33,041 nucleotides of DNA from Deltaproteobacteria bacterium (GCA_023250495.1 JAHFAP010000011.1:1-33041); one strand, 5' to 3'. Counted from the first letter of the stretch, positions 1-9,662 are shown. The notes: generated by a model from the letters alone, not told the origin. Translations and numbers: made by a program.

Positions 1-95
1 CAGAGGCGGGGACTGTGACGTATAAGATGAGCCTGGATTCAAGCATTATCATCTTGGCCCGCTTTGCTTTTCGAGTCGGGGGCAGATCCTTGGAT

Positions 96-440
96 CTAAA
101 CATCAAAGCTTAATACGACAGCGAGAGCTTTTGCGATTGCGTTCATTGGATGGTCAGGAAGCTTTCCCAGTCGCCGCACAAATCTTTCCTGGGCTACTGA
201 GCGGACTTGAAACGTGTCGGCTGCCGAAGGCTTCTCCAGCCCGTTTTGCACATCAGGTTCTAATCGAACTATCCAAGGCGCTACGGAATAGCGTTCTTTC
301 CATTCGGTGATCGGGACAATTACTTTGAGCGGTAAGATTCCAATCGCGTCGTGGCTTACGATGACCGCCGGACGAGTTTTCTTGATCTCGGCGCCGATCG
401 TCGGGTCCAAATTGATTAGCCAGATTTCACCCCTTTGCAC
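96..440 (-). CDS. Type II toxin, PemK/MazF family endoribonuclease
   Basis: Motif RGEIWLINLDPTIGAEIKKTRPAVIVS...VIVPIT...QVRSV is typical of PemK/MazF. Start placed at GTG 440 behind GAGG; the ORF track starts at 458. Confidence 0.9.
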   Translation of the reverse strand: MQRGEIWLINLDPTIGAEIKKTRPAVIVSHDAIGILPLKVIVPITEWKERYSVAPWIVRLEPDVQNGLEKPSAADTFQVRSVAQERFVRRLGKLPDHPMNAIAKALAVVLSFDV

Positions 441-672
441 GAAAATCCTCGCCATCAAGCGCCGTAAAGACAGTTAGCTCGCCACCAGACTCGTAGTCTG
501 GTAATAGAGCCTTTGCCGCCTTAGCGAGTTGCTGTTTTTCGTCTTTAACGGTTGCTGGTTGTGTTGTTTTCCGAAGGTCTTTACGAATGAGACGCAAAGC
601 GGCCTCCGCGACACTTAGCCGTTCGGCCGCCGTCAGTTCCTTTAACTTTTCCAGTATATCTAGCTGCGCCAT
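427..672 (-). CDS. Putative antitoxin of the PemK/MazF toxin
   Basis: 81 aa ORF directly upstream of and overlapping the toxin, with GGGGG/GAAGG RBS. Acidic/hydrophobic C-terminus DYESGGELTVFTALDGEDF. Function inferred from position. Confidence 0.7.
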   Translation of the reverse strand: MAQLDILEKLKELTAAERLSVAEAALRLIRKDLRKTTQPATVKDEKQQLAKAAKALLPDYESGGELTVFTALDGEDFRAKG

Positions 673-841
673 ATAGCCCCCTTCACTGCAATCGTTGGGA
701 TTTCATCTCCAGATCATATTTCAACTTCGTGTTCGATTCAATCACAGTAGGCCCCACAGTGTCTAGATTTTCCCCCGGGTAATTTCCCGGGGTTTCACGC
801 TGATCGCCGTATGAAGAGGTTATCGAAGGAGACAGGTTAAC

Positions 842-3106
842 TTAGCTGAGACGGCCGGAGGCCTTGAAGGACGAGGCAAAAGAGGTGGTAAGAAAAAAGT
901 CTTTGGCGAGATTGGCGACGAGCTTCCAGGGGCGGATATTCCACAGTCGCATGCCTCTCAACTGCTCCACGGTCTTGGCCCAGAACCGGTGAAGATCTTC
1001 GCGGGAATAGACGGCGCGGTTGCTCAAGGCGTCGAACTTTGCATGGGCGAGGCGAAACTTGGAGGGGAGGATATGCCTCAATCGGGAGTAAGTCTCTTGC
1101 CACTCCTGGATCCTGCTTCCGAGCCGGATGCCCTTGTGAATGCGGGACATCTCGTCGAGCCATCGCCGGGCGGCTTCCCCCTCCTGCGGAAGATGGCCGC
1201 GAAGTTCCTGGATTTTACTTTGCAGGCCCTCCCATTGTTTCAAAAACGCGTTCAGGTCTTTACGCGTGAAAAGGATCTTGGAGCACAACTCCTCAAATGG
1301 ATCGAGGAGCGCCTTGGCCTTGGCGGGGAGCGTTGCCTTGGCGTTGCTGTAAGTTTTTTGCCATTCTGCAATCTTTAAGGCCTGCCAGATCTCGCCCTGG
1401 ATCCTTTGAATCTCCTCCATCCAGCGCTCTTCCCGCTCGCTCTTCTTGCGCGTCTGGAGCCACACTTCCTCCATCTCCTTTATGAACTTAGCCCATGAGA
1501 CGAGTAGCCGGGTAACCTCTCTCGTCCGCTTCCGGAGATGGACCGGAAGGGGATCGACGGCAAAACCCGGACGGCGTGCGGTCCTGTCTTTCAGACGGAA
1601 GAAACCCGCGATCATCGGATGTTCCTTCTCGATGAGCGCAGCATTTTTATACCAGAAGAAGATGTGCATGAGAGTCCAATAGACCTTAGGGTTATGGTTC
1701 CAGCGCGACAGGATCTTGATCATGTTTTCTTTGCTATAGAAAGACTTCCATGCATCCTCGTAGGCTTGAGTCCATTCCTCGGCCGTCATGCCGGCGTGCT
1801 TGATGGTGGCGTGGAAGGAATCGCGCTTGTTGAAGTCGGGATCCATCCACTCACCCCGCTGCTTCATCTCTTTGTGATCCTGAGACCCTGGAAGCGGGGT
1901 GAGCATAAAGAAAGAGGCCTGGTCCGGCTGGATCACGTTCATCAAATAATCCATGTCCCGCTTCACGCCCTCTGTGGTATCCCAGGGAAGCCCGACGATG
2001 TAACCGGTGTGAACCACAACGCCGGCATCGTGCCATTCTTGGATGATGCCCTGGTACTCTTCAACTTTGTTTTGCGCTTTCCCCTCAGCCTTGAGATTCT
2101 CCGGGTTCACGCTCTCCATACCGATAAAGACCTGAGTGCAACCCGCCTTGGCCGCCAGCGGGACGAAGTCCTTCGGCTTTTTGGCCAGATCCACCTGCAT
2201 CATGAAAGAAACCTTGATGCCCTCTTCGTGTAGCTTGACGATCTCCTCGAAGGTCTCCCGCCACAGTTTCTTTCGAGCAAAGTTATCGTCGGTGAAAAAG
2301 TAGTAGGAGATGCCGTTGTCGAGATAATTCCTGCGCAGCAGCGCGGCAATTTTCTCTGGGCTCCGCTCCCGCATCTTCCGGCCTTGAACATTAATGATCG
2401 TGCAGAAGGAGCACGCAAATGGGCAGCCGCGCGAGGTATCAGCAGTCCCAAAGTCAGGCTTGACGAAGTGTTTCATGGTTTTTGGGCTGGTCATCGGCAA
2501 AGGCGCATCCTGGATGTCGACCAGGTTCTGGAGGTCCTGGGCGTAGTGATAGAGCGGTTTGAGTTGACCGTTGAGACAGTCGGATAGGATCCCCTCCCAC
2601 TTTCCTTCCACCTCTCCGGACACGACGGTGATGGACTCGCGGAAAAGCTCTTGGATGTCAGGCTCCTGTTCCCCCAGCATGGAGATGGTCCCGCTGGTGT
2701 GAAATCCGCCTATGATGACATCGATTCCATGGGCGCGGAACTGCTTTCCCATAACCACGGCTCTCGGGAATTGGTTGGTCTGGACCCCGACGAGGCAGAC
2801 CAGCAGTTTGGCGCCAGGGTCCCGACCCCAGCGGATGATTTTTTTGATCGGCACCTTTTCAGTCGTCTCATCGAACGTCACAACTTCTATCTTCATATCT
2901 CCGAACACCCGACGGTTTCTCACATCTTCGGTCAGGCCATGAAGAACGGCGAGGGTGTTGCTCGGGAGGACACCCCTCCAAAAGCGGATAACGTACCCGT
3001 CGTCGTCGTACTTGGAGGGTTTGATCAGAACGATCTTGAACTTCTGAATCCGGGCCTTTTTCTCCCCATGGGAGCTTTCCCTGACACTTGTAAGTTGGGC
3101 AAACAT
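842..3106 (-). CDS. B12-binding-type radical SAM protein with long duplicated helical C-terminal extension
   Basis: SRGCPFACSFC (CxxxCxxC), upstream IIGGFH...VVSGEVEG B12-domain-like motifs, FFTDDNF, FIGMES, LTPLPGS. Confidence 0.88.
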   Translation of the reverse strand: MFAQLTSVRESSHGEKKARIQKFKIVLIKPSKYDDDGYVIRFWRGVLPSNTLAVLHGLTEDVRNRRVFGDMKIEVVTFDETTEKVPIKKIIRWGRDPGAKLLVCLVGVQTNQFPRAVVMGKQFRAHGIDVIIGGFHTSGTISMLGEQEPDIQELFRESITVVSGEVEGKWEGILSDCLNGQLKPLYHYAQDLQNLVDIQDAPLPMTSPKTMKHFVKPDFGTADTSRGCPFACSFCTIINVQGRKMRERSPEKIAALLRRNYLDNGISYYFFTDDNFARKKLWRETFEEIVKLHEEGIKVSFMMQVDLAKKPKDFVPLAAKAGCTQVFIGMESVNPENLKAEGKAQNKVEEYQGIIQEWHDAGVVVHTGYIVGLPWDTTEGVKRDMDYLMNVIQPDQASFFMLTPLPGSQDHKEMKQRGEWMDPDFNKRDSFHATIKHAGMTAEEWTQAYEDAWKSFYSKENMIKILSRWNHNPKVYWTLMHIFFWYKNAALIEKEHPMIAGFFRLKDRTARRPGFAVDPLPVHLRKRTREVTRLLVSWAKFIKEMEEVWLQTRKKSEREERWMEEIQRIQGEIWQALKIAEWQKTYSNAKATLPAKAKALLDPFEELCSKILFTRKDLNAFLKQWEGLQSKIQELRGHLPQEGEAARRWLDEMSRIHKGIRLGSRIQEWQETYSRLRHILPSKFRLAHAKFDALSNRAVYSREDLHRFWAKTVEQLRGMRLWNIRPWKLVANLAKDFFLTTSFASSFKASGRLS

Positions 3107-3146
3107 ATCCTATAGATTATGGAACTATTCCACTGAGTTTTTGAGG

Positions 3147-3175
3147 AGCCTAGCAGTCGCCCAGGGGCATGTCAA
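3147..3175 (-). promoter_or_regulatory. Sigma70-like promoter of the radical SAM gene
   Basis: TTGACA-17 bp-TAGGCT on the minus strand, about 40 bp before the ATG at 3106. Confidence 0.55.
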
Positions 3176-3184
3176 GCTTTTTAT

Positions 3185-3289
3185 AGCTTTTAGCTGTCAG
3201 CGATCAGCAGTCAGCCAAAAGGCTAATAGTCGGGAACCTTTCTACCATCCTGGCTTTTCGCTGAACGCTGAAGGCTAAGTGCTGATAGC
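3185..3289. repeat. Heptamer-period palindromic element (AGCnnTC / GCTGAnn)
   Basis: Left arm agctttt agctgtc agcgatc agcagtc agc; right arm gctgaac gctgaag gctaagt gctgata gc; arms are inverted. Confidence 0.75.
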
Positions 3290-3300
3290 GTTTTCATTGA

Positions 3301-3984
3301 ATGATCCATCTCTTTCGCGTCTCCAAGATCTATGCGCCCAATTATCCCGCCCTTGTCGATATTCACCTTGAGATTGAGAAGGGGGAGTTCGTTTTTCTCA
3401 GCGGACCGAGCGGGGCGGGCAAAACTACTCTCTTGAAGCTCCTGTTCCGCGGAGAGGAAGCGACCGAAGGGCAGATCATCGTCAACGGCCGCAACGTTAC
3501 CCGGCTGAACGGGCGCGGAGTCGCCCGGCTGCGCCAGGAGATAGGCCTCGTCTTTCAGGAATTTAGACTTCTCCCCACAATGACCGTCCTGGACAACGTG
3601 GCGCTGGCCGCGGAGGTGGTCGGGACTCCCGTGCGCGAGAGTCGCAAAAAAGCCTTCAATCTGTTGCGGGAGTTGGGGCTCAAGGATCGGCACGATGCCA
3701 AGCCGCCCGCGCTCTCCGGAGGGGAACAGCAAAGAGTGGCGATCGCGCGGGCCCTGGTCAACGACCCGATCCTGGTTCTGGCCGACGAGCCCACCGGCAA
3801 CCTGGATGCTGAAATGGCCGACGAGACGATGCGGCTCTTTGCCAGGATCCACGATCGAGGCACCACGATCGTGATCGCCACCCATGATGCAGGCCTGCTC
3901 AAGCGGTTCTCTTATCGAGCGGTCTTTCTCCAACGGGGGCGCTTGCTGGGCGACTCGAAGTTCGCGGGCGAGGCTGCGACGTGA
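3301..3984 (+). CDS. ftsE: Cell division ATP-binding protein FtsE
   Basis: GPSGAGKTT Walker A, LSGGEQQRVAIARA, LADEPTGNLD; coupled to ftsX. Confidence 0.93.
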   Translation: MIHLFRVSKIYAPNYPALVDIHLEIEKGEFVFLSGPSGAGKTTLLKLLFRGEEATEGQIIVNGRNVTRLNGRGVARLRQEIGLVFQEFRLLPTMTVLDNVALAAEVVGTPVRESRKKAFNLLRELGLKDRHDAKPPALSGGEQQRVAIARALVNDPILVLADEPTGNLDAEMADETMRLFARIHDRGTTIVIATHDAGLLKRFSYRAVFLQRGRLLGDSKFAGEAAT

Positions 3985-4883
3985 GGCTGTCCCGGATTTC
4001 TTTCGTGTTCCGCCGCGTTCTCAAGAGTTTCAGGGAGCTGCTCTGGACTCATATCCTAACCTCCGGGACGATGGCGATGACGCTGTTCATTTTCGGCGGC
4101 TTCCTCCTCATTCAGCAGAATCTCCACGGCCTGCTCAAGGGATGGGGTAGTCAGATCCAGATTTTTGCCTACCTGGAAAATCGGCTCACTGCGGCGGAAG
4201 TGGAGCCTCTTGTGAATCGTCTGCGTGGCTATCCAGAGGTCGAGAGCGTGCGCTTTGTCTCCCAGGGGGAGGCGTGGGAGAATTTCAAAAAATCGCTGGG
4301 CTCCCAGTCCGGGGTGCTTGAGGGCTTATCGGCCGACATCTTACCCGCCTCGCTGGAGATCGCTCTCAAAGCGGCCTACCGCAACCACGATTCCCTGGCT
4401 GGCGTGGCGCAACGGCTGCGCACGGAGAAAGACATCAGCGAAGTCGAGTACCCGGAAGAGTGGATGGCAAGGTTCAGCCTGCTCGTCCTGGGGATTCAGT
4501 GGGCGAAATGGATCCTCGGAGGATTTCTCTTCATGGCTACGCTGCTGATCGTGGGAAACACCGTCAAGCTGGCGATCCTGGCGCGTAGGGAAGAGATAGA
4601 GATCATGCAGTTGGTGGGCGCGCCGGCGGGGCTGATCAAGACCCCTTTTGTGATCGAGGGAATGATTCAAGGGCTTCTCGGCGCCTCGCTCTCGCTGCTA
4701 TTTCTCTGGCTGCTTTTTCTTTTTTTAAGCTCCCAGCTTCCCTTCACGCTCGGTGTCCTCACCGACCGGGCCCAGCTCCGTTTTCTCGAGCCGGAAAGCC
4801 TCGCGCTGCTGCTTTTTCTAGGTTGGGCCATGGGAGCCGTCGGGAGCCTGCTCTCGCTGCGCCGGTTTCTCCAGCGATGGTAA
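3981..4883 (+). CDS. ftsX: Cell division permease FtsX
   Basis: 4 TM layout, NTVKLAILARREEIEIMQLVGA...IKTPFVIEG motif, GTGA overlap with ftsE. Confidence 0.93.
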   Translation: MRLSRISFVFRRVLKSFRELLWTHILTSGTMAMTLFIFGGFLLIQQNLHGLLKGWGSQIQIFAYLENRLTAAEVEPLVNRLRGYPEVESVRFVSQGEAWENFKKSLGSQSGVLEGLSADILPASLEIALKAAYRNHDSLAGVAQRLRTEKDISEVEYPEEWMARFSLLVLGIQWAKWILGGFLFMATLLIVGNTVKLAILARREEIEIMQLVGAPAGLIKTPFVIEGMIQGLLGASLSLLFLWLLFLFLSSQLPFTLGVLTDRAQLRFLEPESLALLLFLGWAMGAVGSLLSLRRFLQRW

Positions 4884-4891
4884 GGATGGTC

Positions 4892-6037
4892 ATGGCCCGA
4901 GTGGCCATATTATTTTTGCTGCTTTCTTTCCTGCTAAGTTGGCCCACCCGCGCCGCGGAAGTGGAGCGGGAACTGGAGGGGATCAGGAAGAAAATGGAGA
5001 AAGAGCGGCAGGGGATCACCAAGGTCAAGAAGCAGGAGGGTTCGGTCCTCGGGAGTCTGGCCAAAATCGACGACGAGCTGGATAAGAAGAATAAGGAGTT
5101 GAAGAGGGTCAACGCGGCGCTGGAATCCATTCTGGCGGACCTCAAGAAAAAAGAAGAGGAGTCTCAGAAGATCAACTCCTCTCTCGGTGTCAGGAGAGAG
5201 CTGTTAAAACAGAGGGCGCGAGCGCTGTACAAATGGCAGCGGGCCGGAAGTCCATTTGTCTTGCTCAACGGCGCGGGCTCCGTGGCTGAGCTGATGCAGC
5301 GCAGGCATTATCTCGAGTTAACTCTGGCCTACGACCGGACGCTGGTCGACCATTTGAGCGATGAATCCGTCCGCCAGCAGGTTCTGAGAAAGGAGTTGGA
5401 ACAGAAGAGACAAGAGGTGAACCGGCAAAGAAAGGCGCTGGTTGACATCAAGGAATCCATCCGCCTCGAGAGACAGAAGAAGCAGGAAGTGCTCGCCAGC
5501 TTGCGGCGCGAGAAGGAGGGGCACCAGCGCGCCCTTAAGGAGTTGGAGCAAGCGGCCCAAAGGCTCCAGAAGATGATGGATGAGATCAGTCAGAAGTCGG
5601 TCGCGCTCTCCAGGGAGCCTTCACCCGGTTCTGGCTTTGAGGCGCTGCGGGGTAAACTGGACTACCCCGTCCGGGGAGCCGTGATGGGGGGATTCGGGAA
5701 GACCCGCCACCCGGAGTTTTCCGCCGAGTTATTTCGCAAAGGTATCGACATCGAGGCGCCGCTGGGGGAGGAGGTCAGAGCGGTGGAGGGGGGTAAAGTG
5801 GTCTTTGCTGACCGCTTTTCAGGCTACGGGAAGATGATGATCGTCGATCATGGCCGGAGATACTATACGGTTTATGCCCACCTCGCGGATCTGTTTAAGA
5901 AAGCTGGCGAGCCGGTCCGCAGGGGCGAACCCATAGCCCTCGTAGGCGACAGCGACTCCCTCGCCGGATCACGGCTCTACTTTGAAATCCGTAGGGACGG
6001 GAAACCTTTAGACCCTGCTCCCTGGTTTAGAAAGTAA
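4892..6037 (+). CDS. envC: EnvC-like murein hydrolase activator (coiled coil + degenerate M23 domain)
   Basis: Signal peptide, long coiled coil, C-terminal M23 fold (GIDI, GYGKMMIVDHG, YAHL, LYFEIR); follows ftsEX. Start could be 4877, 4886 or 4892. Confidence 0.85.
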   Translation: MARVAILFLLLSFLLSWPTRAAEVERELEGIRKKMEKERQGITKVKKQEGSVLGSLAKIDDELDKKNKELKRVNAALESILADLKKKEEESQKINSSLGVRRELLKQRARALYKWQRAGSPFVLLNGAGSVAELMQRRHYLELTLAYDRTLVDHLSDESVRQQVLRKELEQKRQEVNRQRKALVDIKESIRLERQKKQEVLASLRREKEGHQRALKELEQAAQRLQKMMDEISQKSVALSREPSPGSGFEALRGKLDYPVRGAVMGGFGKTRHPEFSAELFRKGIDIEAPLGEEVRAVEGGKVVFADRFSGYGKMMIVDHGRRYYTVYAHLADLFKKAGEPVRRGEPIALVGDSDSLAGSRLYFEIRRDGKPLDPAPWFRK

Positions 6038-6101
6038 TGGCTATTTTGCCGCGTTTGAGATAGTGTAAAAAGTTGTCAGATTCCACCTTAAGGAGAGCGC
6101 C

Positions 6102-7451
6102 ATGAGGTTGTTTAAGAGACACAGATCTGTGGTCATGTTGCTGTTGTTCTGTCTTGGCTTGGTTTTTTCTCTGAGCGGCCAGGTTGTAACGAACGTCTCC
6201 GCTATCCCGCGCGAGGATTATGAGACCCTCGAGACCTTCACCAGCATCTTGTCCATCGTCAAAAAGAACTACGTGGACGAGACGAACTCCAAGGATCTGA
6301 TCACAGGCGCGATCAATGGCATGCTGAATTCGCTCGATCCTCACAGCGGCTACCTGACGCCCGATCTCTACAAAGAGCTGCAGATGGACACGCAGGGGAG
6401 GTTTGGCGGCCTGGGGATTGAGATCACGATCCGCAACGGAGTTCTCACCGTCGTCTCTCCGATTGAGGACACGCCTGCCTACCGCGCCGGGGTCAAGGCC
6501 GGGGATCAGATCATCAAGATCGAGGATGAGTTCACCAAGGACATGACCCTGATGGAGGCTGTCAAGAGGATGCGCGGGGCAAAAGGAACCAAGATTACCA
6601 TCTCTGTCAAGCGTGAAGGCGTGCCCGAGCTGCTGAACTTCACCCTCGTGCGCGACACGGTCCGTGTGCAGAGCGTCCGCAGCCGGCTGCTTGAGCAGGG
6701 TTACGGCTATGTCCGCCTGGCCCAGTTCCAGGAGCGCACTGACCGGGATCTCCAAAGGGCTTTGGAAAAACTGAGCCAGGAGAAAGGCGGGATGAAGGGG
6801 CTGGTGCTCGACCTGCGCAATAACCCAGGTGGGCTTCTGACCCAGGCCGTGAGAGTGGCGGATATGTTTCTCGATTCCGGACTGATCGTCTATACAGACG
6901 GGCGACTGGAGAGCCAGAAGCAGAAATACTTCGCGCACAAGGAGGGTACCTGGAGCAACTTCCCGATCATCGTCCTGGTGAACGGAGGCAGCGCCAGCGC
7001 CTCCGAGATCGTGGCTGGCGCGCTCCAGGATCATAAACGGGCTGTGATCCTGGGGACCAAGACTTTTGGCAAGGGGTCGGTGCAAACTATCCTGCCCCTG
7101 GATGACAACTCGGCGCTCCGCCTCACCACGGCCCGCTATTTCACGCCTAAAGGCCGCTCGATCCAAGCGACGGGCATCGTACCCGATATCGTGATCGAGA
7201 ACCCGACGACCGTGCCGGAAGGCAAAGCCGAGGAGGCCAAGCGCCCCAGCCTGAGAGAGGAGAACCTGCCGGGCCATTTGCAGAATCAGCAGCTCCCGCA
7301 GGAGCAGAAGGAAAAGGAGAAAGAAAAAGAGACGCCGGCGCAGCCACAAAACATCGAGGGCACGGAGAACGACGCCCAGCTCAGGCGCGCCTTGGAGTTG
7401 TTAAAGGGGTGGGACGTCTTCAAACAGTTTGTCCAGAAGAAGGCTGACTGA
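6102..7451 (+). CDS. ctpA: Carboxyl-terminal processing protease (S41 family, PDZ)
   Basis: LDPHS, FGGLGIEI, DLRNNPGGLL, SASASEIVAGALQD, TFGKGSVQ. Confidence 0.93.
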   Translation: MRLFKRHRSVVMLLLFCLGLVFSLSGQVVTNVSAIPREDYETLETFTSILSIVKKNYVDETNSKDLITGAINGMLNSLDPHSGYLTPDLYKELQMDTQGRFGGLGIEITIRNGVLTVVSPIEDTPAYRAGVKAGDQIIKIEDEFTKDMTLMEAVKRMRGAKGTKITISVKREGVPELLNFTLVRDTVRVQSVRSRLLEQGYGYVRLAQFQERTDRDLQRALEKLSQEKGGMKGLVLDLRNNPGGLLTQAVRVADMFLDSGLIVYTDGRLESQKQKYFAHKEGTWSNFPIIVLVNGGSASASEIVAGALQDHKRAVILGTKTFGKGSVQTILPLDDNSALRLTTARYFTPKGRSIQATGIVPDIVIENPTTVPEGKAEEAKRPSLREENLPGHLQNQQLPQEQKEKEKEKETPAQPQNIEGTENDAQLRRALELLKGWDVFKQFVQKKAD

Positions 7452-7453
7452 GA

Positions 7454-7515
7454 TCGTTACTCGTTATCGGTTAATCGTTGACTCGAATAACGAATATACG
7501 AACAACGAATCAACG
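7454..7515. repeat. Heptamer-period palindromic element (TCGTTAn / CGAATAA)
   Basis: tcgttac tcgttat cggttaa tcgttga followed by cgaataa cgaatata cgaacaa cgaatcaa cg; starts 3 bp after the ctpA stop. Confidence 0.7.
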
Positions 7516-7516
7516 C

Positions 7517-7549
7517 GATTAGCCCTCCCCCTGGAGGGCTAATCCTTTT
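7517..7549 (+). terminator. Rho-independent terminator after ctpA
   Basis: Perfect 12-bp stem GATTAGCCCTCC / GGAGGGCTAATC, 4-nt loop, then CTTTT. Confidence 0.7.
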
Positions 7550-7560
7550 GTAGGGTCCCT

Positions 7561-8796
7561 ATGCGAGAAGGCAAAAGGGAAAGCGAACTGCCCTTGTTCT
7601 CCGAAGAGTCGCGGGTCTATCTCACCGTCAGTGAACTAAGCCAGATCATCAAGGGGACTCTTGAGCGAGAGCTGGAGGAGGTGTGGGTGGTCGGGGAGAT
7701 CTCCAATTTTCGCGTCCCGCCTTCAGGCCATCTCTACTTTACCCTCAAAGATGACAAGAGCCAGATCGGCGCGGTCATGTTCCGCCGCCAGGGATCGAAT
7801 CTCGCCTTTCAACTCGAGAACGGCATGGAGGTGCTCTGCTTCGGTCGCGTGAGCCTTTACGCGACCCGCGGGGACTTGCAGCTCTATGTCGAGATCATGG
7901 AGCCCAGGGGCAAGGGCGCGCTCTATCTGGCCTTTGAGCAGCTAAAGAAGCGGCTTGGTGATGAAGGGTTATTCGCCGCGGAGAGAAAAAGGGCGCTGCC
8001 GTTCTTGCCTGCGGCGATCGGGATCGTCACCTCGCTGCAAGGGGCGGTGCTGCGCGACATGCTGCGCATTGTCAATGATCGTTTTCCCGACCGCAGGGTG
8101 GTCATCAGGCCGGTCAAGGTTCAAGGAGAGGGGGCGGCGGAGGAGATCGCGCAAGGGATCGCTGAACTCGGCGACTCGGGGCTGGTGGAGGTCATGATCG
8201 TCGGCCGGGGCGGAGGATCGTTGGAGGATCTATGGGCCTTCAATGAGGAAGTGGTGGCGCGGGCGATTTATGCGGCGCCGGTTCCCGTGATCTCTGCCGT
8301 CGGCCACGAGGTGGACTTTACCATTGCCGATTTCGTCGCCGACCATCGAGCGCCGACTCCGACGGCAGCCGCGGAGATGGTGCTGCCGCAGAAGGAAGAG
8401 CTGGTCGAGCATCTCCGCGGCCTCGGCAGCCGCCTCCTCCGAGCCGTCCAGAGCAGGGTGGAATCCGAACGAGACGCATGGAAAGGCTTGGCCCGCAGGC
8501 TCACGGATCCACGCCGCAGGCTGCGCGAAAATCAGATGCGCCTGGATGAATTGTCGCTCAGTCTGTGGCGCCGCTTTCAGGATCATCTCGCGCGCTTGCG
8601 GGACCGGCTGGCGCATGGCTCGGAACGGCTAGGCGGCTTGAGTCCTTTGGCGGTGCTGGAGCGCGGCTACAGCATCGCGCACAAAATGCCCGAGGGGCGG
8701 ATCGTGAAAGACAGTGGCGCGGTCGACATCGGCGACAGGCTGCGCGTGACCTTCGCTCGGGGCAGGGCCTTGTGCAGGGTCGAACAGAAAGAATGA
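7561..8796 (+). CDS. xseA: Exodeoxyribonuclease VII large subunit
   Basis: GEISNF...SGHLYFTLKD, GRGGGSLEDLWAFNEE, SAVGHEVD, RAPTPTAAAE, LERGYS. Confidence 0.96.
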   Translation: MREGKRESELPLFSEESRVYLTVSELSQIIKGTLERELEEVWVVGEISNFRVPPSGHLYFTLKDDKSQIGAVMFRRQGSNLAFQLENGMEVLCFGRVSLYATRGDLQLYVEIMEPRGKGALYLAFEQLKKRLGDEGLFAAERKRALPFLPAAIGIVTSLQGAVLRDMLRIVNDRFPDRRVVIRPVKVQGEGAAEEIAQGIAELGDSGLVEVMIVGRGGGSLEDLWAFNEEVVARAIYAAPVPVISAVGHEVDFTIADFVADHRAPTPTAAAEMVLPQKEELVEHLRGLGSRLLRAVQSRVESERDAWKGLARRLTDPRRRLRENQMRLDELSLSLWRRFQDHLARLRDRLAHGSERLGGLSPLAVLERGYSIAHKMPEGRIVKDSGAVDIGDRLRVTFARGRALCRVEQKE

Positions 8797-9662
8797 AATC
8801 ATCGTGGACCACGACGCTCCTCCTGTGGCTCCTGGCGTCGCCTGCTCTTGCCGCGGAGCCCGACTGGATGATCACCGTCCAGCCCGCAGAGCTTCATCAA
8901 GGCGGGATCGCGCAGCTCAGGGTTTTGGGAAGAGACATCGCCGGGGTGAAAGCGCTTCGCGGTGGCGAGGAGATAGCGCTTTTTGTCGCCGAGGATGGCT
9001 CTTATTTTGCGCTTCTGGGACTGGATCTGGAGCAACGGCCCGGGCCCCTGGAGATTCCGCTACGCGGCCGGAGCGTTGGCGGAGAAAGCTGGGCGAGACA
9101 GGCGACCATATACGTAAAGGCAAAGGAATTTCCCCGGGAGACACTCTCCGTTTCGGCTGCTTTTGATCAGATCGATCGCGCGACGCTGAAACGGATTGAG
9201 AAGGAGCAGGCCGAGCTGGACCGGCTTTGGAAAATTCACAGTCTCGGGCGTTTATGGGAGGGGCGCTTTGTTGCTCCGGTTTCCGGTGGGATCACCTCGC
9301 CATTCGGCCTGCGCCGGGTGATCAATGGCTCGGCCCGCGCTCCGCACGGCGGGGTTGACCTGAAGGCCTCGTTGGGCGCCGAAGTGGTTGCGGCCAACCA
9401 TGGCCGCGTAGTTCTCCGAGACGAATTTTTCTTCAGCGGGAAAAGCCTGGTCTTGGATCACGGCGGTGGACTCTACACGATGTACTTTCACCTTTCTGAT
9501 TTTCGCGTGCAGAAGAACTCCCAGGTCCGTACTGGCGAGGTGATCGGGTTGGCGGGCATGACCGGTCGGGTAACTGGTCCGCATCTGCACTGGGGCGCGC
9601 GCCTGAACGGCGCGCGAGTCGACCCTGTGGAGCTGCTGGAGGTCACGGACGCGAAGCCATGA
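8793..9662 (+). CDS. Secreted M23 family metallopeptidase
   Basis: Signal peptide from ATG 8793 (ATGA overlap with xseA); intact HGGVD and HLH zinc motifs, GRVTGPHLHWG. Confidence 0.88.
   Translation: MKSSWTTTLLLWLLASPALAAEPDWMITVQPAELHQGGIAQLRVLGRDIAGVKALRGGEEIALFVAEDGSYFALLGLDLEQRPGPLEIPLRGRSVGGESWARQATIYVKAKEFPRETLSVSAAFDQIDRATLKRIEKEQAELDRLWKIHSLGRLWEGRFVAPVSGGITSPFGLRRVINGSARAPHGGVDLKASLGAEVVAANHGRVVLRDEFFFSGKSLVLDHGGGLYTMYFHLSDFRVQKNSQVRTGEVIGLAGMTGRVTGPHLHWGARLNGARVDPVELLEVTDAKP

Noticed and set aside
772-796. CCCCGGG/CCCGGGG hairpin downstream of the radical SAM gene as a terminator
   Set aside because: There is no U-tract on the transcribed minus strand, so its role is unclear.
6027-7349. 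440 aa antisense ORF over ctpA (likewise 22378-23409 over rpoD and other long shadow ORFs)
   Set aside because: They are antisense to well-conserved genes in GC-rich DNA and have no recognisable motifs, as expected from codon bias.
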